Of a stretch of DNA of 64,000 nucleotides, positions 7,938-17,476 are shown in pieces. The position numbers and the translations under genes were made by a program. Position 1 is the first letter of the stretch, and every line of letters starts with the position of its first letter. Origin of the DNA: Candidatus Zhuqueibacterota bacterium (GTDB lineage Bacteria > SM23-31); NCBI GenBank assembly GCA_042564455.1, contig JBHPLC010000004.1, forward strand, positions 2,270 through 66,269, in the 5' to 3' direction. The notes below the pieces were generated by a model. It did no database searches, was not told the origin of the DNA, and was given only the letters and a program-made list of their open reading frames with translations.

Positions 7938-8069
7938 GAAGCGGAATATGTAAAGATCAACAAGGAATTCAAGGGCAATAAGCCGCATACATGGCTGAAT
8001 ATAACAGATAAAGGCAAAACCGCCCTGGACAATTACCGGAAGATCATGCAGGAGGCAGTCGGGGATTAG
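7938..8069 (+). pseudogene. Orphan 3' fragment (44 codons plus stop) of a winged-helix regulator gene; direct repeat copy B
   Basis: Would encode EAEYVKINKEFKGNKPHTWLNITDKGKTALDNYRKIMQEAVGD*. No upstream coding part. Starts 12 nt after the S51 gene stop. Followed by the palindrome ccactaattagtgg (8071-8084). Confidence 0.8.
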
Positions 8070-8177
8070 ACCACTAATTAGTGGATTATTAAGAAAAAAC
8101 TCATTGTTAAATTTGCATGTATTCTTCTCTAAGTAGTAAGTCTTACATTCAAAATCTTTGAGGAAAACATCGGTTTT

Positions 8178-8843
8178 TCAGTCTTCTTCTTTATCCTTCC
8201 GATGTTTGATAACGGTTCCTGAAACGATGTACATTACATCTTCGCAAATGTTTGTGGAGAGATCTGCGACTCTTTCGAGGTTGCGTGCAATTCTTATCAG
8301 GCTGACACACCTTTCTATTGAAGATCTGTCTGTTTTCATATATTCGGTTAGTTTTAACAGGATCGAATCTCTGAGATCATCAACAATTGAATCCCTGTCG
8401 CAGACGGTCTTTGATAACTCTGTATCCTCCTCAATGAAAGATGTTATACTGTCGTGTAACATTCTTAACGCTTCGCTCTTGATCTTCAGTATATCATCAT
8501 TAGCTATCGAGATCGGAGGTTTATTGATCAGGAACAGGCCGCTCTCGCTGATATTGACCGCCTGGTCACCAAGCCTTTCAAGATCATTATTCATCTTATA
8601 GATCATCAGAACTGTTCTCAAATCCTTTGCTAATGGCTGAAACTGAGCAATAAGCGCTGTACATTTCTCTTCGACTTCAAGCTCATATTCATTTGCCTTT
8701 GGCTCATCTTCATTTATTACCTCATGCAAAATATCGGGCTGATTATTAAGCAATCCCTTAATGCTTTTCGAGATCATATCTTCCACGAAAGTGGCAAACA
8801 TTACAAGATCTTTTTTTAGATTGTTTATTTCTGTATTCAGCAT
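8178..8843 (-). CDS. phoU: Phosphate signalling complex protein PhoU
   Basis: 221 aa with a two-repeat helical PhoU-like sequence. Immediately downstream of pstB. Confidence 0.85.
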   Translation of the reverse strand: MLNTEINNLKKDLVMFATFVEDMISKSIKGLLNNQPDILHEVINEDEPKANEYELEVEEKCTALIAQFQPLAKDLRTVLMIYKMNNDLERLGDQAVNISESGLFLINKPPISIANDDILKIKSEALRMLHDSITSFIEEDTELSKTVCDRDSIVDDLRDSILLKLTEYMKTDRSSIERCVSLIRIARNLERVADLSTNICEDVMYIVSGTVIKHRKDKEED

Positions 8844-8852
8844 ATATTACCC

Positions 8853-9611
8853 CTATCCAAATTTTCCTGTTAAATATTCCTCAGTCCTTTTATCCTGAGG
8901 TGTAGTAAAAAGCTTGTTAGTCTCACCGAATTCCACCATGTCCCCCAGATACAGAAATGCCGTATAATCGGATATCCTCGCCGCCTGGGCAATATTATGT
9001 GTGACCATTATTATCGTTTCGGTCTTTTTAAGTTCTACGATCAATTCTTCGATCTTCTGCGTGGCTTTCGGATCCAATGCGGATGTAGGTTCATCAAGCA
9101 GTATTATTGCCGGTTTCATTGCAAGGGAACGGGCAATACAGAGCCTCTGCTGCTGCCCACCGGATAAAAATGTACCTTTTTTGTGCAGCGAGTCTTTCAC
9201 CTCATCCCATAATGCAGAATCACGCAGTGCTTTTTCGACTATCCGGTCTTTTTCTGATTTGGACAGTTTTAAACCGTTCAGATTATATCCGGCAAGAACA
9301 TTATTGTAAATACTCATAGTCGGGAAAGGATTCGGTCTCTGAAATACCATACCTATCTGTCTTCTAATGAGCACAGGTGATATTTCATAAACATCCTTAT
9401 TGCTCAAAAGCATCCTGCCTTCAACCCTTGTATCAGGAGTGATCTCGTGCATCCTGTTGATACACCTGATAAGAGTTGTCTTTCCGCAGCCGGATGGACC
9501 CATAATAGTCGTAACCGCATTTTCGGTCATTTCAAGATTGATCTCGTTGAGTACCTTCTTTTCACCGTACCATGCTGAAAAGTTCTCAATTTTTAATATT
9601 GTATTTTCCAC
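8853..9611 (-). CDS. pstB: Phosphate ABC transporter ATP-binding protein PstB
   Basis: Walker A GPSGCGKTT, signature LSGGQQQRL, Walker B ILLDEPTSALD. PstB-type N-terminus. Confidence 0.9.
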   Translation of the reverse strand: MENTILKIENFSAWYGEKKVLNEINLEMTENAVTTIMGPSGCGKTTLIRCINRMHEITPDTRVEGRMLLSNKDVYEISPVLIRRQIGMVFQRPNPFPTMSIYNNVLAGYNLNGLKLSKSEKDRIVEKALRDSALWDEVKDSLHKKGTFLSGGQQQRLCIARSLAMKPAIILLDEPTSALDPKATQKIEELIVELKKTETIIMVTHNIAQAARISDYTAFLYLGDMVEFGETNKLFTTPQDKRTEEYLTGKFG

Positions 9612-10438
9612 TTACCCGCCAGATATTTAGCAATTAAATTCAGTGATAAAACCATAACTATTAATACAAGAGACGCAGCCCATGCCAGCTGATGCCATTC
9701 CGGATAAGGACTGATCGAATATATATATATAGAATGCGGAAGAGCCCTTACAGGTTTCAATATATTCAGATTCATGAAATCACTGCCGAATGCAGTGAAC
9801 AAAAGAGGAGCCGTTTCACCGGCGATCCGTGAAATCCCGAGCAGTGATCCGGTCACTATCCCGCTTAATCCGGCCGGGATCGTAACCTTAATTATTGTTT
9901 TATAATATGGAACACCAAGTGATAATGATGCCTCTTTTAATGAATCCGGAGTCAGCAGCAGTGTTTCTTCAGTTGACCTTATTATCATTGGGATCATCAT
10001 TATAGCCAGCGCTATCCCTCCTGAAACTGCCGAGAATCCAAATGGTAATACGATCCAGACATAAGCAATTATTCCAATAACCACTGAAGGTACACCCTGA
10101 ATTATTTCGACTCCCAGCCTTACCCAGTCTGCCAGTTTGTTTTTCTTAAATTCATATAAATATACTCCGGCGGCAACACCTAAGGGAAAGGCCAGAACAC
10201 CTGCAATAGACAGCAGTAAAAATGTCCCGACTATCGCATTAGCTATCCCGCCTCCCGCCTCCCCCGGCGGTTTGGGCATTTCAACCAGGAATTCCCAGTT
10301 GATCGCAGATATTCCCTGTTTGAATATGTAATAAAAAATCAAAAACAGCGGGATTAATGCTGATATTGAAAACAGAAATATAATTACTGAAAACAACCTG
10401 TTCTTAAAAAACCTGTATTTTAAACCTTTATCATTCAT
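9593..10438 (-). CDS. pstA: Phosphate ABC transporter permease PstA
   Basis: Six-TM BPD-type permease with the EAA-like loop 'EASLSLGVPYYKTIIKVTIP'. Position in the pst operon. Confidence 0.85.
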   Translation of the reverse strand: MNDKGLKYRFFKNRLFSVIIFLFSISALIPLFLIFYYIFKQGISAINWEFLVEMPKPPGEAGGGIANAIVGTFLLLSIAGVLAFPLGVAAGVYLYEFKKNKLADWVRLGVEIIQGVPSVVIGIIAYVWIVLPFGFSAVSGGIALAIMMIPMIIRSTEETLLLTPDSLKEASLSLGVPYYKTIIKVTIPAGLSGIVTGSLLGISRIAGETAPLLFTAFGSDFMNLNILKPVRALPHSIYIYSISPYPEWHQLAWAASLVLIVMVLSLNLIAKYLAGKWKIQY

Positions 10439-10458
10439 GTTTTACCGTAATTATATCA

Positions 10459-11388
10459 CTAACTATTAAACCTGAACCTTTTCACGATCTGTTTTCCTAT
10501 AAAATTGATGACTGCAGTCATCAGGAACAGAATAAGCCCGACATAAATTAGAGCCGACAAATGCAGGTCATCGGATGCTTCTGCAAATTCATTGGCTATC
10601 ACACTTGCCATGGTGTTCGCCGGGCTGAAAATACTGTCCGGTATATTATTTGAATTACCGATCAGCATTGTCACGGCCATCGTTTCACCAAGAGCACGCC
10701 CAAGAGATAAGAATATCCCCGCCATGATCCCAGACCAGACATACGGAACCGTTACCCTTCTGATCACTTCATATCTTGTAGCTCCGAGTGCATAGGCTCC
10801 TTCCTTGACCTCCGAAGGCACCATGCTTATTACTTCCCTGCTTATCATCGCCGAATAAGGTATTATCATAATAGCAAGAACTATAGATGCCGAGAATATA
10901 CCCACCCCGTACGGCAGCACACCAAGCTTCATCTCAAGGTTTCTGATCATCGGAACAAGATAAAACAGCCCCCAGAAACCGAAAATAATTGACGGTATCC
11001 CGGCAAGAAGCTCAATAACACTCTTCATAAATCCGGCAAATTTACCGGATTTTTTATATTCCCCCAAAAAAACAGCGATTGAAAGAGAAAAAGGCAGAGA
11101 TATTATCAATGCCAGCAGTGAAGTTACAAGTGTGCCTACCACAAAAGGCAGAGCACCATATTGTCCTGTAACAGGATCCCATACCCTGTCTATAAAGAAA
11201 CCAAGGCCAAATTCCCTGATGGATTCTTTCGAAGCTATCAGAAGAGTTACAAAAAGTGCGGCCAGTAATAAAATTATGATTACTGCAGTAACTTTTAAAA
11301 CAAACCTGAAGATCCGGTCAGGGATCTCCGATCTGTCAGGTTTTCTTTTTTCAGGATATTTCATATCTTTTCTAAGAATAAATTTCAT
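10459..11388 (-). CDS. pstC: Phosphate ABC transporter permease PstC
   Basis: BPD-type permease with 'EGAYALGATRYEVIRRVTVP'. Sits between pstS and pstA. Confidence 0.85.
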   Translation of the reverse strand: MKFILRKDMKYPEKRKPDRSEIPDRIFRFVLKVTAVIIILLLAALFVTLLIASKESIREFGLGFFIDRVWDPVTGQYGALPFVVGTLVTSLLALIISLPFSLSIAVFLGEYKKSGKFAGFMKSVIELLAGIPSIIFGFWGLFYLVPMIRNLEMKLGVLPYGVGIFSASIVLAIMIIPYSAMISREVISMVPSEVKEGAYALGATRYEVIRRVTVPYVWSGIMAGIFLSLGRALGETMAVTMLIGNSNNIPDSIFSPANTMASVIANEFAEASDDLHLSALIYVGLILFLMTAVINFIGKQIVKRFRFNS

Positions 11389-11392
11389 AGAA

Positions 11393-12451
11393 TCACTTTT
11401 TCAGCAGCTTCTCTCCACCGTAAGTTACCGAACTGAGAATATCTTCAACAGATCCGACAACCTTTTCAGAGATCGGTGCATAGTCCAGTGTCGGAGCATA
11501 TTTCTGCCCCTCATGTGTCATCCAGTGCAGCAGGTTAAGCAGGCTCAAAGCATCTTCACGTGATCTGTTATCATATTTCTGCTCTTTGTACAAGATTATC
11601 CAGGTAAAACCGCTTATTGGGTACCCATTATCCGACATTGTATTCGTCAAAGATACTCTCGTATCAGCGGGGATATCAGCATTTGCAGAAGCACTGATCG
11701 ATTCAATTGAGGGTTTTATAAAATTCCCTTTACTGTTCTTAATAAGTGCTCCCGTCATGTTGTTGTGTATAGTATAAGCAAGCTCAACATAACCGATACT
11801 TCCGGGGATCTGTTTTACCAATCCGGCAACACCTTCATTCCCTTTAGCGCCAAGCCCCTCAGGCCAGTTAACAGATTTTCCGCGTCCGACTTCTTTATCC
11901 CATTCGGGACTGATCTTGCCCAGATAATCCGTAAAAATATTTGTTGTCCCGCTACCGTCTGATCTGTGCACCACGATGATATTCTGATCTGGCAGGGAAA
12001 TTTCCGGATTCAGATTTTTAATCTCTGCAGCATTCCACTTTTTGATCGTTCCCAAAAAGATACCGGAAAGAGCTTCAGGGCTTAACCTTATCTCCGGATT
12101 ACCCGGCAAATTGTAAGTCACAACAACCGCACCCAGGCAAATCGGGATATGAACAATTTCCGCAGGTGCATTTTTGATATCCTCATCTTTCATAAAAGCA
12201 TCTGTTGCACCAAAGTCAACTGTCTTGTTGATCAGCTGTCTGATACCGCCGCCTGATCCGATCGACTGATAATTAACTCTTACATTATAGGATTTGTTAT
12301 ACACATTAAACATCTTGGAATAAAGCGGATACGGAAATGTTGCTCCGGCACCCAGTATCTCATTATCCTGAGAAAAGATCGGAGAAATTATCCCGGATAT
12401 TAAAACGATTAAAGCTGAAATAATTATTATCTTCATTGAATATATTGTCAT
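11393..12451 (-). CDS. pstS: Phosphate-binding protein PstS
   Basis: Signal peptide. 'GAGATFPYPLY', 'YQSIGSGGGI' and 'HRSDGSGTT' motifs of PstS. Confidence 0.85.
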   Translation of the reverse strand: MTIYSMKIIIISALIVLISGIISPIFSQDNEILGAGATFPYPLYSKMFNVYNKSYNVRVNYQSIGSGGGIRQLINKTVDFGATDAFMKDEDIKNAPAEIVHIPICLGAVVVTYNLPGNPEIRLSPEALSGIFLGTIKKWNAAEIKNLNPEISLPDQNIIVVHRSDGSGTTNIFTDYLGKISPEWDKEVGRGKSVNWPEGLGAKGNEGVAGLVKQIPGSIGYVELAYTIHNNMTGALIKNSKGNFIKPSIESISASANADIPADTRVSLTNTMSDNGYPISGFTWIILYKEQKYDNRSREDALSLLNLLHWMTHEGQKYAPTLDYAPISEKVVGSVEDILSSVTYGGEKLLKK

Positions 12452-12473
12452 TCTGTTTACCTCCTGAATATAT

Positions 12474-13583
12474 TTAGAAATGTACTTCGATAGTGAATTT
12501 TGTCAATTTATTAAGCTCGACATCACCGTTCTGATCTTCGGCAAAATCAAAATCGAGGAGGGCTTTGTGTTTCCCTGCGAATTTATAAACCACACCTAAT
12601 ATCCTTCTGTTAACCAGGTTATCATTTACACTCGTATTTGGATCGAATGAATCATATCTTCCGATCAGGCTGAATTTGGATTCCGGTATATTAACCTCAC
12701 CAAAAAGAGAAAAGCCCGACTGATCATAAGGATTCCCGAGACCATCAAGCATTTTGCCTTTGGAATCACCTTTACCATTATAATATGTTCCTGTCGCAAC
12801 GAATCTTTCATCTTCATAGGAAAGGAAGAAAGTATTCACCTTCCAGTCAGGTTCTGCGGCAATATTTCCCTTTCCAAAGATACCGAAATAAGACAGCTGA
12901 AGCCCCGGCAGATGATCAGGCATTGGCCTTAAGGTAAACCTTCCTTCAAACACCTTATTGATGTTTTTCTCATGCGCGTGGTATCCACCTCCGTTATAAA
13001 GACCTAATGCTACACTCCCGTATCTTCCGGGATATTTACTGCTGATATTCTTCTGGTAATCTTCATCTACTTCTCCACCAAGCAGTGTCACAAAAGTCAC
13101 TCCGAAATCAGCTGAGTTAAACAAATGACTTCGTTCGAGATACATTGTCCCCTGCATCCTGTAATTATCAATATGCTCTTCGAAATCAAGCCAGGGGCGG
13201 TGAACCAGCCCGAATTCAACATACGACTTTGTGAAATAGTCATTTGAAGGGAGGTTGAAATTCATATACATGTATTTCAACCTGACTTTTACATCACCTG
13301 TACTGTCATGTGTAATATCAGGTGTGATCCTTGCTGAAAGCGATGAACTGAACTTAGGTTTGAAGTTTAAGTACCCCCTGTGAACGTAGAATTTGTTAAC
13401 ATCTGCTCCGCCATCCTTACCGGCAAGGTAGGACATGTACCAGACACCCGATATCGGCACTTCCATTCCTTCTGCTGCAACAGCAAAATTTGAATTTATC
13501 CCCACCAGAAAAACAACTGCAAATGTCAGAATTCCTGTGAGAATCCTGATATTCCCTGTTTTTTTAAAATTTGCTGGAAACAT
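12474..13583 (-). CDS. Outer-membrane beta-barrel porin, probably phosphate-selective (OprO/P-like)
   Basis: Signal peptide, alternating beta-strand pattern, C-terminal 'FTIEVHF'. First gene of the pst transcription unit. Confidence 0.55.
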   Translation of the reverse strand: MFPANFKKTGNIRILTGILTFAVVFLVGINSNFAVAAEGMEVPISGVWYMSYLAGKDGGADVNKFYVHRGYLNFKPKFSSSLSARITPDITHDSTGDVKVRLKYMYMNFNLPSNDYFTKSYVEFGLVHRPWLDFEEHIDNYRMQGTMYLERSHLFNSADFGVTFVTLLGGEVDEDYQKNISSKYPGRYGSVALGLYNGGGYHAHEKNINKVFEGRFTLRPMPDHLPGLQLSYFGIFGKGNIAAEPDWKVNTFFLSYEDERFVATGTYYNGKGDSKGKMLDGLGNPYDQSGFSLFGEVNIPESKFSLIGRYDSFDPNTSVNDNLVNRRILGVVYKFAGKHKALLDFDFAEDQNGDVELNKLTKFTIEVHF

Positions 13584-13705
13584 TAATTCCTCCTAAAAAA
13601 TTTATAAATTTTGCACTTTTCAGTGATTAAAAATCCCTGTCAACTCAATTATTAATAGAACCGGATACAATTTAATAATGAATTGTTTGCTAAGAATTAA
13701 GGAAT

Positions 13706-13723
13706 TGTTAATTTTCTGTTAAT
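13706..13723. promoter_or_regulatory. Candidate Pho box (two TGTTAAT direct repeats with 11-bp phasing)
   Basis: TGTTAAT at 13706-13712 and 13717-13723. A related TGTTTGC lies 22 bp before, at 13684-13690. All sit in the gap between phoR and the porin gene. Orientation relative to the minus-strand promoter is unresolved. Confidence 0.3.
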
Positions 13724-13766
13724 TTTTTTGTATTTTGATATTCAGATATGTATATGGAGAAGCAAA

Positions 13767-15494
13767 CTACTTGATGGGGAAGGATATGATAAACTCCGTA
13801 CCTTCTCCAGGCCGGCTCTTTACATCGATTGATCCTTTATGCAGAATTACTATATGTTTTACAATTGAAAGACCCAGACCTGTCCCTCCCATATTCCTGG
13901 AACGTGCCTTATTGACTACATAAAATCTTTCAAAAATCCTGGAAAGATGTTCTTTATCTATACCGATACCGGTATCTTTTACCGATATTTTAACTCCTCC
14001 ATCAGAGTTAACAGCCGAGACCTCAATATCTCCGCTTTCGGTATAATTAATTGCATTTTCCACCAGATTGATAAACAGCTGTTCAAGCTTGAACGGATCG
14101 GCAAACAGTTTTCTCAGGCCTTCCTCAATATTCACTGACAGTTTAAGTCCCTTGTTTTTTATCTTTTGTTCAAAAAGCAGATCCGTTTTCTGTATTACCT
14201 GTCCGATATCGGTTTCTTCAAAGGTCTGCTCGATATTAGTATCTTCTACCTCCGAAAGTGTAAGGAGTTCTTTTACAATGCGAATAAGTCTTTCAGTGTT
14301 CCTTGAAATGATCTCTATAAATTTCTTCTGTTCCCCTTTAGAGTCTTCCTGAAGAGTTTCAAGATATCCTTTTATAGCCGTTAAAGGTGTATGAAGTTCG
14401 TGAGAAACATTAACCACAAGATCTTTTTTCAGCATATCAAATCTTTTAAGTTCCGATATGTCATAAAATATTACCAGAATTTCCTCTTTTGATTTAATAA
14501 ACGTGACACTGCAAATATAATTCTTGTCTTCTAATTCAAGTTCTTCCGTTATATCCCGTTTTTCATTAATTGCTTTACTAATAAACTCATTAAAACCGGT
14601 TTCACGGATCACTTCCCAGTAAGATTTATCAACAATATCCTGCTGGTCTACGATTGAATTGAAGCTGTTGTTGTTTAACAGTATCTTACCATCCTTATTT
14701 AACAGTAAAAGCCCTTCCTGCATTGAACCGATCAGTGAATCCAGTTCTTCATTCTTCTCTCTGAATTTCTCAAAAAGTATTTCCAGCTGTGCTGCCATCG
14801 TATTAAAACTTCCGGATAACTGTCCGATTTCATCATTGCGTTCAATATTCATTCTTGCCTTGAATTCACCACGGGCTACTTTCTGAAATGACTGTGCAAG
14901 CAGTTTTACAGGTTTTGAAATTCCCCTTGAAATAAAAACAGAAATAAGGAGCATCGTAAATAATACAAGTAATACCGATTCAATAATATCAGTCTTTATC
15001 GTATTCAATAAAGCAGTAATATCATTGATATAAAGGCTTGATCTTAAAACATAGGAGTCACCGGTGTCCACAATAAATCTGACGGCAACATACATCATGT
15101 CATGTTCCAGCGTCTCACTGTACCTGATAGACCAACCGCTACCATTTTCTATAGCATCCGATATTTCCGGCCTGTAACGGTGATTTTCCATAGTATCAGG
15201 ATCTTTCTCAGAATCTCCGAGAACAATACCTTTTTCATCGATCAGTGTCAGCCGGGTATTAATTACAGGGCTCTGTTCATCTAAAAACTCATCAATTCTG
15301 TCTGTCATATTATTATTTATCAAGTCGGACAGTGAAGGCTCAAGGGCATAACTTAATCTTTGAATATCATTTCTCTGCTGATCGATATAGAAGTCGTTCA
15401 ATTTGTTAAAGACAAAGAATATTATCAGTACAGCAATGACTACAGTTAGTAAAATATAGCCGGTAAAGATCTTTGTAAAAATTGAGTTTTTCAT
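13767..15494 (-). CDS. phoR: Sensor histidine kinase, PhoR-like (TM-HAMP-PAS-HisKA-HATPase)
   Basis: H-box 'SHELHTPLTAIKGY', N-box 'NLVENAINY', G-box 'GTGLGLSIVK'. 4-nt overlap with the upstream response regulator gene. Confidence 0.7.
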   Translation of the reverse strand: MKNSIFTKIFTGYILLTVVIAVLIIFFVFNKLNDFYIDQQRNDIQRLSYALEPSLSDLINNNMTDRIDEFLDEQSPVINTRLTLIDEKGIVLGDSEKDPDTMENHRYRPEISDAIENGSGWSIRYSETLEHDMMYVAVRFIVDTGDSYVLRSSLYINDITALLNTIKTDIIESVLLVLFTMLLISVFISRGISKPVKLLAQSFQKVARGEFKARMNIERNDEIGQLSGSFNTMAAQLEILFEKFREKNEELDSLIGSMQEGLLLLNKDGKILLNNNSFNSIVDQQDIVDKSYWEVIRETGFNEFISKAINEKRDITEELELEDKNYICSVTFIKSKEEILVIFYDISELKRFDMLKKDLVVNVSHELHTPLTAIKGYLETLQEDSKGEQKKFIEIISRNTERLIRIVKELLTLSEVEDTNIEQTFEETDIGQVIQKTDLLFEQKIKNKGLKLSVNIEEGLRKLFADPFKLEQLFINLVENAINYTESGDIEVSAVNSDGGVKISVKDTGIGIDKEHLSRIFERFYVVNKARSRNMGGTGLGLSIVKHIVILHKGSIDVKSRPGEGTEFIISFPIK

Positions 15495-16174
15495 AATTCT
15501 ACTTTATAACCTATACCTCTTACATTCTTTATGATATTTCCTGCTGCTCCCAGTTTTTCACGCAGATGTTTTATATGTACATCGATCGTACGGTCAACTA
15601 CATATTTATCCGATCCCCAGAGGTCGTCAAGTATCTCACTCCGTGAATAAACCTTGTCGATTTTCTGTGAAAGGATCTTCAATATCCTGAATTCCGTAGT
15701 AGTAAGATTTATCTCATTATCGTTAACGTAAACCTTATATTTCTCTGAATCAATTCTTATACTGTCTCCGATCTTTATTATCTCTTCTTCCGTACCTATC
15801 CTGTCACTTCTTCTGAGCACTGCTTTAACACGGGCAACAAGTTCCTTCGGCGAGAACGGTTTGGTAACATAATCATCCGCACCTATCTCCAGGCCTAAAA
15901 CTTTATCTGATTCATCATCCTTTGCTGTCAATATAATTATGGGGATACCGGAATACTCTCTTATTCCTTTAATTGATCTGCAAAGCTCCAGGCCATCAGC
16001 ATCAGGGAGCATAAGATCCAGAATTATCAGATCTGGAATACTATCCTTTAGAAAATCCCATAACGGTTCGGCTTCAGGGAACTTCGCCACCTCGAAGAAA
16101 GCTTTTTCAAGATTCAAGGTAACAAGATCCAGAATGTCCGGTTCATCCTCAACTACGACGATCAGTTTTTTCAT
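15491..16174 (-). CDS. phoB: OmpR/PhoB-family response regulator
   Basis: Receiver 'DLIILDLMLPDADG', 'KPF'. Winged-helix output 'VYSRSEILDDLWG...RTIDVHIKHLREKL'. Confidence 0.75.
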   Translation of the reverse strand: MKKLIVVVEDEPDILDLVTLNLEKAFFEVAKFPEAEPLWDFLKDSIPDLIILDLMLPDADGLELCRSIKGIREYSGIPIIILTAKDDESDKVLGLEIGADDYVTKPFSPKELVARVKAVLRRSDRIGTEEEIIKIGDSIRIDSEKYKVYVNDNEINLTTTEFRILKILSQKIDKVYSRSEILDDLWGSDKYVVDRTIDVHIKHLREKLGAAGNIIKNVRGIGYKVEL

Positions 16175-16289
16175 AATTATTAATGGAATAGCATTTGAAA
16201 AAATATCAATTAATAACTAATTTTCTTTTACAAACTGTTGAATAATGAAGAATTCAGTTATCTTGAAGTTAAATATTAATTCAACATAA

Positions 16290-17465
16290 TCAATATTTTT
16301 TTGATATTTCCCTGTACGCTGATCTGAAAGGAATACCCTTTTTCACCAATTCATAAGCCTCCTCTGCTGAATAAAGTTCATTTGTCATTGCGTTTTTGCA
16401 GTTCTGGCGGTTTACTTTCAGCTTTCTGAAAAGCTTATCTGCCACCAATATGCTCTTATGAGTCAGTTCCAGCCCCTTTATTACCGGCCCCTTGGTCAAC
16501 TGCTGATCTCTGTTGTAACCTGACAGCAGATTTGCTGATACCTGCTTGACCAGCAGTTCAAAAGAAACTACCTTGTGATAGTTCGCCCGCAGTATTTCGA
16601 GGACATCAGGATTCTTTTTGTGGGGCATTATAGAGCTTCCGGTACAGAACTCTTCCGGGAGAGAAAAATATCCCAGCTCCGGCAGAGTAAAGACTATCAG
16701 GTCAGAAGATATTTTATTGAGATCGAACATTATCTGGCTTAAAGCATGCAGTATAGTTGATTCAAACTTACCCCTGCTGTTCTGTACATAGACCGGATTG
16801 GCCTGTATCCTGCTGAATCCAAGCAGATCAGCAGTATATTTCCTGTCAATTTTAACCGGAAGACCATAACCTGCGCCTGTCCCAAGCGGGGACTGATCAA
16901 TCAGGTCATATGCCGCCCCGACAAGCTTCAGATCATCTTTTAAAGCATCTATGAATGAACCGGCCCAGAGACCGATCGATGAAGGCATTGCCTTCCTCGA
17001 ATGAGTGTATCCCGGCAGTACTATCCTTCCGTATTTCTTTTTGAAATCCTTAAGAGTAACAATAAGATCTTCCTTTTTCCTGCTGCACCGGTTCAGTTCT
17101 TCTTTGTAATACAATCTTAACGCCGTAAGCACCTGGTCATTTCTCGATCGGGCAGTGTGTATCTTTTTCCCGGTTTCACCCAGTTTTTTTATCAGATAAT
17201 TCTCTATCGCAGTATGACAGTCTTCATTTTCCGGGCTGATCTCAAATTTGCCTTCACGATGAAGCTTAATTATTTCTTTAAGTCCATTCACCAGCTCCCT
17301 GACTTCATTTTTATTGACCAGACCAATTTTACCAAGCATTTTTGCATGGGCTATTGATGCAATACAGTCATACTTAACCAGAACATTGTCAAGTATATAA
17401 TCATCACCGACCGTATATTCGAGAACATCTTTATTAACGCTTTTACCCTTATCCCAGAGTTTCAT
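16290..17465 (-). CDS. argH: Argininosuccinate lyase (unusually short, 391 aa)
   Basis: 'MKLWDKG' N-terminus, 'TARSRNDQV', 'LPGYTH', fumarate-lyase signature 'GSSIMPHKKNPD'. Confidence 0.8.
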   Translation of the reverse strand: MKLWDKGKSVNKDVLEYTVGDDYILDNVLVKYDCIASIAHAKMLGKIGLVNKNEVRELVNGLKEIIKLHREGKFEISPENEDCHTAIENYLIKKLGETGKKIHTARSRNDQVLTALRLYYKEELNRCSRKKEDLIVTLKDFKKKYGRIVLPGYTHSRKAMPSSIGLWAGSFIDALKDDLKLVGAAYDLIDQSPLGTGAGYGLPVKIDRKYTADLLGFSRIQANPVYVQNSRGKFESTILHALSQIMFDLNKISSDLIVFTLPELGYFSLPEEFCTGSSIMPHKKNPDVLEILRANYHKVVSFELLVKQVSANLLSGYNRDQQLTKGPVIKGLELTHKSILVADKLFRKLKVNRQNCKNAMTNELYSAEEAYELVKKGIPFRSAYREISKKY

Positions 17466-17476
17466 AATTCCTCCTT

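Noticed and set aside
8158-8601. 147-aa plus-strand ORF, and the many other 60-170-aa ORFs antisense to pst, kinase, AOR, SNF and FAD-oxidoreductase genes
   Set aside because: Each lies wholly inside a longer ORF on the other strand that has clear family motifs. Their translations are low-complexity Ser/Leu/Ile-rich sequences typical of antisense frames.
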